A stretch of 62,887 nucleotides of DNA, the filler included, from Deltaproteobacteria bacterium (GTDB lineage: Bacteria > JAUYMQ01): NCBI GenBank assembly GCA_030698575.1. It is 11 parts of 11 records of this genome, joined end to end, with 100 filler letters (N's around TTAATTAATTAA, not from the genome) between each part and the next. Parts side by side here need not be neighbours in the genome. Positions count along the whole stretch, not along the records: positions 27,859 to 30,475 come from JAUYMQ010000362.1; positions 30,576 to 36,168 come from JAUYMQ010000365.1; positions 36,269 to 39,702 come from JAUYMQ010000385.1; positions 39,803 to 47,000 come from JAUYMQ010000375.1; 7 more parts are not named here. One strand, written 5' to 3'. The notes beneath the pieces were generated by a model. It was not told the DNA's origin, made no database searches, and saw nothing but the letters and a program-made list of their open reading frames with translations. The position numbers and the translations under genes were made by a program. Positions 30,189 through 40,150 of this stretch are shown here, piece by piece. Within the stretch, counting starts at the first letter, position 1. The number at the start of each line of letters is the position of its first letter.

Positions 30189-30285
30189 ACCTCCCTCCTT
30201 CGGCCCCGGGGAGCATCGAACGCGATCCGGGCCGGTCTTCCCGTCCTTGAACTGTCTCTGCTCGAAAGCGTCTCTAGAGTGGGAC

Positions 30286-30301
30286 TGCAAGAACCTTGCC
30301 A
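30286..30301 (-). promoter_or_regulatory. Sigma-54 (-24/-12) promoter candidate
   Basis: TGGCAAGGTTCTTGCA on the minus strand, about 100 bp upstream of the oxidase start. Confidence 0.65.
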
Positions 30302-30475
30302 GAGAAATTACGGGCTGGAGGGTCGGAGAAATTCACCGCCGCGCACGGTTTGCTTGCAAAACCTGCGCTGGGTCGGAGGCCCCCTGAAGGCTTTGCAGGA
30401 ACGTCAGAAATGGTGAGGAACCGCGCGTCAGTGGTGGGCCAGGAAATCCGGCGCGCGATTCTCGATGAACGCCGA

Positions 30476-30575
30476 NNNNNNNNNNNNNNNNNNNNNNNNN
30501 NNNNNNNNNNNNNNNNNNNTTAATTAATTAANNNNNNNNNNNNNNNNNNNNNNNNNNNNNNNNNNNNNNNNNNNN
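30476..30575. other. Artificial contig linker
   Basis: N44-TTAATTAATTAA-N44. Confidence 0.98.
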
Positions 30576-30576
30576 G

Positions 30577-32817
30577 AACCCCCGGGTTTCCGACCCGAGC
30601 GGGCCCTACAGCGGGGGCGCCGTTCCGCCTCCGCCCGGCTACAACCCGAACGCGGCTCCCTTCGGCCCGATCATGTTCCAGAGCTGCGGCGTGGGGACTA
30701 TCAGGACACCCCCGCAGACCGGCCTCATCGTCAAATGGCGCGACTGCGTCGGGAGCCCGTCGAGCGAGTGGTGCGACGACAATGACAGCTCGTGGAACGC
30801 TGTACTCGAGACCGCGCCGAATACCCCCATCCAGATGCTCGATCGCGACGTCGCGATCATCGACGCCGACGCCGGGACGCCCTCGGTCACGGGCTACGTC
30901 GCCACCGTGGGCACCCTGAACTTCGGCATCGCCGTCAACCCGGTCACGGGCCGGCTTTACGTTTCGAACACCGATGCGCGCAACGAGGTGAGCTTCGAGC
31001 GGCCTCCGGAAATCCTCGGCGACGCCATGGGAGACGAGGACGGCGTGTGTGACGACAACGAGCCGTCCTCGCTCTGCCTTCCGGGCCTCAACGGACACCT
31101 GGTCGACACCCGGGTGACCGTCGCCACGGGCACCACGGTGGACGGCACGATCAATCTGAACCCGCACATCGACTACGACAACGCGGCGATCTCCACGATC
31201 ACCAAGTCACTGAGCATCGGTCAGCCGAACGGCATGGCCTTCAACGGTGCAGGCACGACGCTCTACGCCGCGGCGATCCTCTCGAAGAAGGTCGCCAAGA
31301 TCGACACGAGCAGCGTGCCCGGCACGCTGACGACCCGCATCGACGTGGGCGAGGGGCCCACGGGCGTCGCGCTGAACGAGACGGCGGGGCGGCTCTATGT
31401 GCTCAACCGGCACGAGAACACGGTCTCGATAGTGAACACCTCGACCGACACGGAGATTCTGCCTCGAGCGAGCCTCTACAACCCCGAGCCAGCGGTGATC
31501 AAGGACGGGCGAAAATTCCTCTACGACGCGCAGCTGACGAGCGGGCGCGGCGACATCGCCTGCGCGACCTGCCACGCTTTCGGTGACTTCGACCTGCTGG
31601 CGTGGAATCTGGGCGATCCGGGAAACGCGGGCCCCTTCGACCCGCGCCCGTCGCAGACGAGTGCCGGGGTGAACGTCGAGTGCGCGACCAATCCGAACCA
31701 GTGCGGATGCGGGCCCTTCCATCCGCTCAAGGGACCGCGCACGACGCAGACGCTGCGCGGTCTCGAGGGGACGGAGCCCTTCCACTGGCACGGCGACCGG
31801 GAGGATTTCAACGCCTTCAACAAGGCCTTCCCGGGGCTCATGCGGCGGAGCGCGCAGCTCTCGACAAGCGCGATGCAGGAGTTCACCGACTTCGTCATGA
31901 CGGTGGGCTTCCCGCCCAATCCGAACCTGAACCTCGACGGGACGCACAGCTCGCCGGCGGCGGCGGCACTCGTGGAGTACACCTCGGTCAACCGCGACGG
32001 AAACCAGTTCACCTGCAACCAGTGCCACGCGCTGCCGAAGGGGACGAACGGGCGGTTCATCAACGCCGTGGCGGATCAGGTGCAGCAGGCGATGAAGACG
32101 CCGCAGCTTCGAAACATGTACGAGAAGACCGGATTCTCCCTGCACCCCGATGCGAGCGTAGCGGCGCCCGCCACCACGCGCAACGGCTTCGGCTTTGTTC
32201 ACGACGGCGAGACAGACTCGCTCACGACCTTCCTGAGTAACCTCGTTTTCACCTTCACCGCGCAGGGTCACACCGTCCAGCTGAACAACATGGTGCAGCT
32301 CCTGATGGAGTTCCCGACCGAACAGGCCCGGGCCGTCGGCCACCAGATCACCTTCGACGGAACGAACAATTCCAATGCGACGCTCCTGTTCCAGCTCAGC
32401 ACGCTTTTCTCGGTCCTGAACGCGGGCGACATCGACATGGTGGTAACCGGCGTCTTCGGCGGCATCCCGCGGAGCTTCCACTGCACCTCGACCGGCGCGT
32501 CGACCGCGAGCTGCCAGCCCGACCAGGTGGGCGAGTCGCCGATCACGGCGGCTTCCCTCCGGACGATGGCCGCCGCCGGAAGCGAACTGACCTTCTCGGC
32601 GGTCCCGGTGAGCTTCGGCATCCGGATGGGGCTCGATCGCGACGAGGACACCTTCTACAACCGCGACGAGCTCGATGCCGGTTCCGATCCGGCCGACCCG
32701 GCTTCGACGCCGCTCAACCAGGGCTCGATCCCCGCGCTCAACTGGGTGGGTATCGCCCTCTTCGCATCCGTGCTCATGGTGGCCGGCGTTCGCCGCCGCC
32801 TCCGCAGGAGCACCTGA
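30577..32817 (+). CDS. YVTN beta-propeller plus di-heme cytochrome c protein with IPTL-CTERM-like anchor, 5' truncated
   Basis: Frame open from the contig start; LYVSN/LYVLN blades, CATCH and CNQCH, C-terminal IPALNWVG-TM-RRRLRR. Confidence 0.8.
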   Translation, partial: NPRVSDPSGPYSGGAVPPPPGYNPNAAPFGPIMFQSCGVGTIRTPPQTGLIVKWRDCVGSPSSEWCDDNDSSWNAVLETAPNTPIQMLDRDVAIIDADAGTPSVTGYVATVGTLNFGIAVNPVTGRLYVSNTDARNEVSFERPPEILGDAMGDEDGVCDDNEPSSLCLPGLNGHLVDTRVTVATGTTVDGTINLNPHIDYDNAAISTITKSLSIGQPNGMAFNGAGTTLYAAAILSKKVAKIDTSSVPGTLTTRIDVGEGPTGVALNETAGRLYVLNRHENTVSIVNTSTDTEILPRASLYNPEPAVIKDGRKFLYDAQLTSGRGDIACATCHAFGDFDLLAWNLGDPGNAGPFDPRPSQTSAGVNVECATNPNQCGCGPFHPLKGPRTTQTLRGLEGTEPFHWHGDREDFNAFNKAFPGLMRRSAQLSTSAMQEFTDFVMTVGFPPNPNLNLDGTHSSPAAAALVEYTSVNRDGNQFTCNQCHALPKGTNGRFINAVADQVQQAMKTPQLRNMYEKTGFSLHPDASVAAPATTRNGFGFVHDGETDSLTTFLSNLVFTFTAQGHTVQLNNMVQLLMEFPTEQARAVGHQITFDGTNNSNATLLFQLSTLFSVLNAGDIDMVVTGVFGGIPRSFHCTSTGASTASCQPDQVGESPITAASLRTMAAAGSELTFSAVPVSFGIRMGLDRDEDTFYNRDELDAGSDPADPASTPLNQGSIPALNWVGIALFASVLMVAGVRRRLRRST

Positions 32818-33035
32818 GACTCCGGGGCGGCGCGACCGCGGCGAACCCCGGCCATGACCATCAGCGCGAGGCGCCCTCCGGGGCGCCTCGCCTGCTTCGT
32901 GCGGGGCCGGGAGCGTGCCTTGACAGCAAAGGGCGCGGGCTCCTAAGGTCGCGGCGGTCGCCGATTGTGCCTCCATTCCAGGAAACCGCCCGCCCCGTGG
33001 CGACGGGGGAGGGCCGCACCATCCAGGAGGAACTC

Positions 33036-33494
33036 ATGCCCACCGTCGGCGAAGCCGCACCCGATTTCAAGCTGCAGAGCACCGAGGATCGCGAGATTTC
33101 CCTCGGTGAGTACAAGGGGAAGAAAAACGTCGTCATCGCCTTCTATCCGCTCGACTTCAGCCCCGTCTGTTCCGTTCAGATTCCGGACTACAACGAGCAC
33201 CTGAAGGAGTTCGATGCGGCCGACACGGTCATCCTCGGGATCAGCCGCGACAGTGTCTACGCTCACAAGGCCTGGCGTGAGGAGCTGGGCGGCATCGAGA
33301 TTCCCCTCCTGGCCGATATGAAGGGTGAGGTGGCGGAGAAGTACGGCGTCTATCTTCCCCAGATGGGTATCTCGGGAAGGGCCGTGTTCGTGGTCGACAA
33401 GGAGGGGGTCCTTCGCCAGGCCCACATCGAGCAGAAGCTGCAGGAGAAGCGATCCGCGGAGGAAGTTCTGGAGATGGTCCGTTCCCTGGGGTAG
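33036..33494 (+). CDS. Peroxiredoxin (AhpE/BCP-like)
   Basis: APDFKL, FYPLDFSPVC, RAVFVVDKEG; AGGAGG RBS. Confidence 0.9.
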   Translation: MPTVGEAAPDFKLQSTEDREISLGEYKGKKNVVIAFYPLDFSPVCSVQIPDYNEHLKEFDAADTVILGISRDSVYAHKAWREELGGIEIPLLADMKGEVAEKYGVYLPQMGISGRAVFVVDKEGVLRQAHIEQKLQEKRSAEEVLEMVRSLG

Positions 33495-33615
33495 CGCGCC
33501 CGGGACGACCTAAGCGCGCGTCCGACGCTGCCGATAAGGTCCCTGGGGCCCGGAAGGGCCCTGCCCGGTGACCATTCTCCCGGACAGCTGTGTGTCCCCC
33601 CCCGAGGACGGCTTG

Positions 33616-34818
33616 ATGAACGCGCGAACGAACAGCGCCTTGCGACACCCCGTGGCGGTTCCGGCGGCCATGCTCCGGATTCTCCTGGCGGCGGTCATTC
33701 TCACGGCGCTACCCGGCCCCGCGCTTGGCGAGGCCCGGGGAGGGCCCGACGAGCGGGATCCCTGGGTGGAGGTAGAGCTTCCGGGGCGTGCGCCGGTCAG
33801 GCTTGCGGCGCGTCTCATCGAGGGCGGCCGTTACGTATCTTCGCTGGATCTTCTCGCGGCGCTCGGCCTGGAAGGGGAGTGGCGGCCCCGGGAGGGCGCG
33901 CTCGACGCGCTCGTCGGGCGCAAGGCACTCCGTCTGCGCGCCGGGAGCCGGAACATCGAGTACGGCGACAGGACCCTGCGCCTCGCGCGCGCCCCGGTGC
34001 GGGTGAGCGACGAGTTGCTCGTACCGGAGGAATTCATCGGCCCCCTTCGGGCCGCCTTTATCGAGAACGCGCCCTCCACCGCCGATCAACTCCCCGGCGG
34101 AACGGCGCTCCGCACCGTGATTGTCGATCCCGGACACGGCGGTGACGATCTTGGTGCGGAGAGCCCCGGCGGGGCGCTCGAGAAGGACGTGGCGCTTGCG
34201 GTCGCCCGCAAGCTGGCCGACAGCCTGCGGGCACGGCTGGGATGCCGCGTGGTGCTCACACGCGAGAGCGACATCGCGGTTTCGCTTCCGGAGCGCAGCG
34301 CGCTGGCCACGAGTGAGGACGGAGACCTCTTCATCAGCCTCCACGCCAACGCCTCGCCGTCGCCTTCCGCCCGGGGCTACGAGACTTTTGTCCTGAGCGA
34401 AACCGCAACCGACGCGGAAGCGGGCCGCGTGGCGGCCCTCGAGAACGCGGCCGGGCCGGACGGCGGCGAGTCTTTCCCCCCGAGCTTCCTGCAAGCTACG
34501 CTGCAGGGGTTGATGCAGGCCGAGTCGATGGAGGAGAGCGCGCGCCTCGCCGCCCTCGTCCAGATGCGACTCGGGGATGTCACCGGATCGAAGAACCGCG
34601 GTGTGAAGCAGGCGCCCTTCTGGGTGCTCGCGGGCGTCGAGATGCCCGCCGTGCTCGTTGAGCTGGGATTCATGACCAACGCCGGGGAATCGCGGCGTCT
34701 CTCCGATCCGGCGGAGCAGGCCCGCATCGCCGGGGCGCTCACCGAGGCCGTGGTTGTTTTCAGGCGGGAACTGGATCTGCGCCGCGGGATCGCCCCACAA
34801 TCTCCACCCGTACCCTGA
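33616..34818 (+). CDS. N-acetylmuramoyl-L-alanine amidase (Amidase_3)
   Basis: DPGHGG, EKDV, FISLHAN, PAVLVELGF; start codon uncertain. Confidence 0.9.
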   Translation: MNARTNSALRHPVAVPAAMLRILLAAVILTALPGPALGEARGGPDERDPWVEVELPGRAPVRLAARLIEGGRYVSSLDLLAALGLEGEWRPREGALDALVGRKALRLRAGSRNIEYGDRTLRLARAPVRVSDELLVPEEFIGPLRAAFIENAPSTADQLPGGTALRTVIVDPGHGGDDLGAESPGGALEKDVALAVARKLADSLRARLGCRVVLTRESDIAVSLPERSALATSEDGDLFISLHANASPSPSARGYETFVLSETATDAEAGRVAALENAAGPDGGESFPPSFLQATLQGLMQAESMEESARLAALVQMRLGDVTGSKNRGVKQAPFWVLAGVEMPAVLVELGFMTNAGESRRLSDPAEQARIAGALTEAVVVFRRELDLRRGIAPQSPPVP

Positions 34819-34837
34819 CAGGGAGGCTCTGGAAACC

Positions 34838-35560
34838 TTGAGACCCGACGGAAGAGGGCCCGAGGAGTTGCGACCGGTGCGCATCGAGCGCGATTTCATT
34901 CGCACCTCCCACGGGTCGGTGCTGATGGAGATGGGTGGCACGCGCGTCATCTGCACGGCGAACGTCGAGGAGGGCGTGCCGGGCTGGATGCGCGACCGTG
35001 GTCACGGATGGGTGACGGCCGAGTACAGCATGCTCCCCGGCTCGACAACGGGCCGGAGCGCGCGGGAGGCCTCGCGGGGCCGGGTGGGCGGCCGCACGCA
35101 GGAAATCCAGCGACTCATCGGACGCTCGATGCGCTGCGTGACCAATCTGGCCGCGCTGGGCGAGCGGACCGTCTGGATCGATTGTGACGTAATACAGGCC
35201 GATGGCGGCACGAGAACCGCCTCGATCACGGGCGCCTGCATCGCTCTTTCTGATGCCCTGGTTCCCCTCGTTGAATCGAAGAAGATCGAGACCCTTCCGC
35301 TGGCCAGGCTGGTCGCGGCCGTCAGCGTGGGGATCGTCGAGGGGGAGCTGCGCCTGGATCTCGGCTACGAGGAGGACAGCAAGGCGGAGGTCGACATGAA
35401 CTTCGTCATGACGGGCGACATGGACTTCGTCGAGATCCAGGGCACGGCCGAGTCGGGCGCCTTCTCGAAAGAGGATATGGATCGCATGACCCGTGTCGCC
35501 ATGGGCGGCATCGAGGCGCTCTTCGAGATCCAGAAGGAGATCCTTGGCAAAAAGCGGTAA
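34838..35560 (+). CDS. rph: Ribonuclease PH
   Basis: RPDGR, GWVTAEYSMLP, EIQRLIGRS, ADGGTRTASI; TTG start. Confidence 0.96.
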   Translation: MRPDGRGPEELRPVRIERDFIRTSHGSVLMEMGGTRVICTANVEEGVPGWMRDRGHGWVTAEYSMLPGSTTGRSAREASRGRVGGRTQEIQRLIGRSMRCVTNLAALGERTVWIDCDVIQADGGTRTASITGACIALSDALVPLVESKKIETLPLARLVAAVSVGIVEGELRLDLGYEEDSKAEVDMNFVMTGDMDFVEIQGTAESGAFSKEDMDRMTRVAMGGIEALFEIQKEILGKKR

Positions 35561-36168
35561 CACTGCGCGCGTGGTGATCGCCACGCGCAACCTGGGCAAG
35601 CTCGACGAGTTACGCCGGATCCTTCACCCCCTGGGGCTGACGCTCCTCGGACTGGACGCCTTTCCCCGGATTAGCGAGGTGGAGGAGACTGGCGCAAGCT
35701 TTCGTGAGAACGCGCTGCTGAAAGCCCGGGCGATCGCCAGGGAGGCCCGCCTGCCGGCGCTGGCGGATGATTCAGGGCTCGAGGTGGAGCATCTGGGCGG
35801 CGAGCCGGGAATTTACTCCGCGCGCTATGCCGGAGAGCCGCGATCGGACGCGAGGAACAACCAGAAGCTGCTCGCTGCATTGAAGGAAGTGCCGGACGCC
35901 GCCCGCGCCGCGGACTTCGTCTGCGTCGCGGCCGCCGCGCTCCCATCAGGCGAGGCTATCTGGGAGGAGGGTCGCTGGCGCGGCGCGATCCTGCGCGCGC
36001 CGAGAGGGACCAGCGGGTTCGGCTACGATCCACTCTTCTTCGATCACGAGAGTGGCCGATCCGCCGCCGAGCTGGAATCTGATCGGAAAGACGCGCGGAG
36101 CCACCGCGGGAAGGCTTTCCGAAAGCTCGCGGAGCGCCTGCCCGACTTCCTGCCTGCCCTTCTGGAAG
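35544..36168 (+). CDS. rdgB: dITP/XTP pyrophosphatase (RdgB/HAM1), 3' end at the contig break
   Basis: ATRNLGK, ADDSGL, GFGYDP, SHRG; follows rph. Confidence 0.92.
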
Positions 36169-36268
36169 NNNNNNNNNNNNNNNNNNNNNNNNNNNNNNNN
36201 NNNNNNNNNNNNTTAATTAATTAANNNNNNNNNNNNNNNNNNNNNNNNNNNNNNNNNNNNNNNNNNNN
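36169..36268. other. Artificial contig linker
   Basis: N44-TTAATTAATTAA-N44. Confidence 0.98.
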
Positions 36269-36376
36269 GGGGCCGCCTACGAAAACTACTGCGCCCGGGT
36301 TCATCGGTGGTTGCCGTTCCTCTAGGCGGGACGAACATCTCTTTGGAGGGAACCTGGGTGCACCATTCGCGTCGCG

Positions 36377-37135
36377 GTGGGAGAGATGGATGCCGAGCTG
36401 TTGCCCGGCACGGAGAGTTGGGCGAAGCTGATCGCCGGCCTCGGCCGCGCTCAACCGGACATCTTCGTGCTGAACGAGCTTCCGTTCGGGCCCTGGCTGT
36501 CAGCAAGGTCGTCCTTTGATCCCGTCGCCTGGAAGCAATCGGTTGCTGACCACGAGGCGGGCATCGCTGCGCTCCACGAACTCGGTGTCGGGGTCATCCT
36601 CGGGACGCGGTCGGTCGAGCGCCAGGGGCGGCGCTGCAACGAAGGGTTCGTCTGGACGCGCCAGGATGGAATTCAGGCCACCCATACGAAACAGTACATT
36701 CCGAATACGCCGCCGAGCTATTGTGAGACGGTTTGGTATGAGCCTGGTGAGCGCAAGTTCGAGATCGTTCAAGCGGGGCCTTTGCGAGTCGGCTTTCTCA
36801 TCTGTAGCGATGTCATGTTCACGGAGCACGCCCGCCGGTACGGACGCGACGGTGTACATCTGATCGTCGTGCCCCGTGCAATGCCGGTCGAAGCTGCTCA
36901 TATGTTCGACGTAGCGCTCAAGATGGCTGCGATCTCATCGGGCTGCTACGTAGCTTCGTCCAACCGATACGGGGCAGACTCGGCGGGGGGCATCTTCGAG
37001 GGGCGCGGCTGCATTGTCGACCCAGGCGGACAGACGGTCGCCGAGAGCTCACAGTTGGAACGTGTCGTCGTACACGAGATTTCTACCGAGTTCGTCTCAG
37101 TGAAGCAAAACTACTATCCGTGTGACCTCGAATAA
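36377..37135 (+). CDS. Carbon-nitrogen hydrolase family protein
   Basis: E-K-C triad (VLNE, HTKQY, LICSD); true start unclear. Confidence 0.85.
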   Translation: MGEMDAELLPGTESWAKLIAGLGRAQPDIFVLNELPFGPWLSARSSFDPVAWKQSVADHEAGIAALHELGVGVILGTRSVERQGRRCNEGFVWTRQDGIQATHTKQYIPNTPPSYCETVWYEPGERKFEIVQAGPLRVGFLICSDVMFTEHARRYGRDGVHLIVVPRAMPVEAAHMFDVALKMAAISSGCYVASSNRYGADSAGGIFEGRGCIVDPGGQTVAESSQLERVVVHEISTEFVSVKQNYYPCDLE

Positions 37136-37273
37136 ACCGAACAGGGGTCGTTCCTTGGCATTCAGTCGGCTCGATCTTCCGTATAGCCGAAGAGAACTCT
37201 TTCCATCCTGCGTCCCGCCCGGCAAGACGCTCCAGCTGAAGCCCGATCGGTTGACCAGCATTATCGAGTTTCC

Positions 37274-37852
37274 GTGAAGATCCGCGACAGTGGCATGCCG
37301 GATGTAACGACGTGGGCCGCCTTCTTCGATGCCCCGAACCTCCTCGATCGGCTCGACTTCACCGATACCCGGGCAACCGTCGTCGACTTCGGTTGTGGCT
37401 ACGGCACGTTTTCCCTGGCCGCCGCGGCTAGGACAACGGGTACTGTCTACGCATTTGACATCGATCCAATGATGGTCAAGGCCACTCTCGAAAGGGCAGG
37501 GTCCCTCGGTCTTGCCAACATCCGGGGAGATCTGCACGATTTCGTTGCCCAGGGGACGGGGCTACCCGACTGCGCCGTAGGCTATGCAATGCTATTCAAC
37601 ATCCTTCACGCTGAAGACCCGGTTGGCTTGCTGAAGGAAGCGTACCGAATACTTTGTCCGGGCGGCAAGGTTGCCGTTACCCACTGGGTGTACGATGCGA
37701 CGACGCCTCGTGGCCCCGACCTAAGCATCCGGCCACGGCCCGAACAGTGTCAGGCCTGGTTGCAACAAGCGGGTTTTGAACTCGTGATTCCGTTCGTTGA
37801 TCTCCCGCCGTACCATTACGGCGTTGTGGCTCGCCGCCCGGGAGACTCATGA
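37274..37852 (+). CDS. Class I SAM-dependent methyltransferase
   Basis: VDFGCGYG, AFDID, LCPGG. Confidence 0.88.
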   Translation: MKIRDSGMPDVTTWAAFFDAPNLLDRLDFTDTRATVVDFGCGYGTFSLAAAARTTGTVYAFDIDPMMVKATLERAGSLGLANIRGDLHDFVAQGTGLPDCAVGYAMLFNILHAEDPVGLLKEAYRILCPGGKVAVTHWVYDATTPRGPDLSIRPRPEQCQAWLQQAGFELVIPFVDLPPYHYGVVARRPGDS

Positions 37853-37897
37853 AGATGTCTGGCGTTCGTTATGCCGCGAGATGAAAGGAGGATCGAA

Positions 37898-38338
37898 ATG
37901 AAGGGCTACCACCTTGGGACGAGCCTCTGTCTCCTGCTGCTCGCGTCAGGGTGCTCAGGGTCGTCGGAACCGGCCGATAGTGTTGAAAGGATCATGACTC
38001 TCGAGCACGAATGGTCCGATCGATTCCAAGCGAAGGACATCAATTGGATCGCAGGGCTTCACTGGGAGGACGCGCGGCAGCTCCCGCCCGATGCACCAGC
38101 GGTCGTGGGCGCCGAGGCGATTCGCGCGGCCTGGCAGGCGATGGCCGACACCGAGGGTCTGACGCTCAAGTGGGAATCCTCCTTTGCAAAGGTGTCCGGT
38201 GACCTCGCCTACGATGTGGGCAAGGGGATCATCGAGACACCCGACGGCATTGCCCGGCTAGCCAAGTACGTAGTCGTCTGGGAACGGCGCGATGGTCAGT
38301 GGAAGGTCGTCGTCGACATGTTCAGTGCAGACGAGTAG
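37898..38338 (+). CDS. NTF2/SnoaL-like (DUF4440) lipoprotein
   Basis: AGGAGG RBS, lipobox LASGC, KYVVVWERRDGQWK. Confidence 0.8.
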   Translation: MKGYHLGTSLCLLLLASGCSGSSEPADSVERIMTLEHEWSDRFQAKDINWIAGLHWEDARQLPPDAPAVVGAEAIRAAWQAMADTEGLTLKWESSFAKVSGDLAYDVGKGIIETPDGIARLAKYVVVWERRDGQWKVVVDMFSADE

Positions 38339-38401
38339 GCGCGCGGCCCTGCATCGGCGGCCTGTGCCACGAAGCCGATCGCGGGCGTCAGGCGGCTGTG
38401 C

Positions 38402-38851
38402 GTGAGACGGTTTCGAGAATCCATCGAGATCGCTACTGCCCGGGAACGGGTGTGGCGGGCTCTCAGTATCCCCGCCGAAGTCGTCTGCTGGGATGCCGCC
38501 ATCGTTGAACCGCTTGACGCTCCGCTCGACTACCCTCGCGCCGGGCAGCACGTCCGCTGGCGCTATCGTCTCGGCCCGGTACCGTTCATCCTTCACGATC
38601 ACCCCACGCTGGTCGAACCTCCGTCCGTCCTCCGTTCTTCACTTCGGTTATGGGTCTTCGACTTCGATGAAACCTACACGATCCGCTACAAGGGGGCGTC
38701 CGCTGCGCGGCTCACCGCCGAATTGTCGGTTTCATGCGCTGTTCCGATTCTCGGCTCGTCGCTCGAGCGGATCTTCGGCATGCCGCTTGCGCGTTCTACT
38801 GTTCGAAACTCGCTTGCCGCGATCAAGCTCTACTGTGAGCACTCCGGGTAA
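38402..38851 (+). CDS. SRPBCC/START-like protein
   Basis: SIEIATARERVWRAL...W N-terminus and LAAIK..CE C-terminal helix. Confidence 0.7.
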   Translation: MRRFRESIEIATARERVWRALSIPAEVVCWDAAIVEPLDAPLDYPRAGQHVRWRYRLGPVPFILHDHPTLVEPPSVLRSSLRLWVFDFDETYTIRYKGASAARLTAELSVSCAVPILGSSLERIFGMPLARSTVRNSLAAIKLYCEHSG

Positions 38852-38966
38852 CGCACCCGGGCATCCGCCTGGCGCCTCCCGAGTTGGTATTGGACGATCA
38901 AGGCATGGTATCCTGCCCGGGCAGCCGTGCATGGCCACTCAGAGCACGTTTTCGAACGGAGATCCG

Positions 38967-39702
38967 ATGGAGTCACGCACCGAACGCGTCGTCCTGATTC
39001 TGGCCGACATCAGCGGCTACACGCAGTTCATGCTGGCCAATCAAACAGCCATGGTGCACGGGCAGATGGTGATCACCAAACTGCTCGAGGCGATCATCCG
39101 CGAGATCGAGATCCCCCTCGAAGTGAAGGAAATCGAAGGGGATGCGGTATTCCTCTACGCGATCAAGCCGGACGACGGAGACGCATGGGAGGAGATGCGA
39201 CTTTTGATCGGCCGCAAGCTCGTCAGCCTTTTCGAGGCGTTCGCGCGCGCAGTCCTGGCGGGCTCGGAGTTCGCCCTGTGCGCGTGCCCGACCTGCCAGA
39301 ACATCGATAAGCTCAAGCTCAAGATCGTCGTCCACAGCGGCGAGGCCCTTTTCCACAAGGTGGGACGCTTCGAGAACGTATCCGGCGTGGATGTAATCCT
39401 GGCGCACCGGTTGCTCAAGAACTCGATCCCCCATGATGAGTACGTGCTGATGACCGAACCCGCGTATCGCGACATCCAGCTGGCGACCGAAATGAAGGTG
39501 ACCAGCGGCGAGGAACATTACGAGGGATTCGGCGCGATTTCCACTTATACGTGCCTGGCCGAGGGCGCCTGCGCCCCCACGTCCGACGCTGTGGAGCGCC
39601 TCTATGCCGAACGGGGTATAACTTTCGCCCTGGCGGTGCGCGTGCTCGGAGGGGCTACTTCGGCCAGCTCCCGATCCTGCTCGGGCTCCGGCAACAGTGG
39701 AA
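38967..39702 (+). CDS. DUF2652 / class III nucleotide cyclase-like protein, 3' truncated
   Basis: ADISGYTQF, EIEGDAV, CACPTC, VILAHRLLKNSI. Confidence 0.8.
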
Positions 39703-39802
39703 NNNNNNNNNNNNNNNNNNNNNNNNNNNNNNNNNNNNNNNNNNNNTTAATTAATTAANNNNNNNNNNNNNNNNNNNNNNNNNNNNNNNNNNNNNNNNNN
39801 NN
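39703..39802. other. Artificial contig linker
   Basis: N44-TTAATTAATTAA-N44. Confidence 0.98.
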
Positions 39803-40150
39803 AACTGTGCGGCAGTGCTGGAGGCAGCCGGAGTGACAGATCTCTTTGACGCCCAGGTCGACGGCGTGGAGCTGGCGCGGCTCCGCCTCGCGGGCAAGCC
39901 GGCCCCCGACATGTTTCTCGAAGCGGCCCGGCGGCTGGGAGCCGAGCCGGCCCGGGCCGTCGTCGTGGAGGATGCCCTTGCCGGGGTGGAGGCGGGCCGC
40001 CGGGGTGGCTTCGGGCTCGTGATCGGCGTGGACAGGGCCGGCCAGGCCGAGGCGCTGCGGCGTGCGGGCGCTGATCGCGTCGTGGCCGACCTCGCTGCAG
40101 TCCGCCTTGCGCGCGAGGCTGGGCCAGAACACACGGAAACGGATCGGTGA
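39803..40150 (+). CDS. HAD hydrolase (beta-phosphoglucomutase family), 5' truncated
   Basis: GKPAPDMFL, VVEDALAGV. Confidence 0.85.
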   Translation, partial: NCAAVLEAAGVTDLFDAQVDGVELARLRLAGKPAPDMFLEAARRLGAEPARAVVVEDALAGVEAGRRGGFGLVIGVDRAGQAEALRRAGADRVVADLAAVRLAREAGPEHTETDR

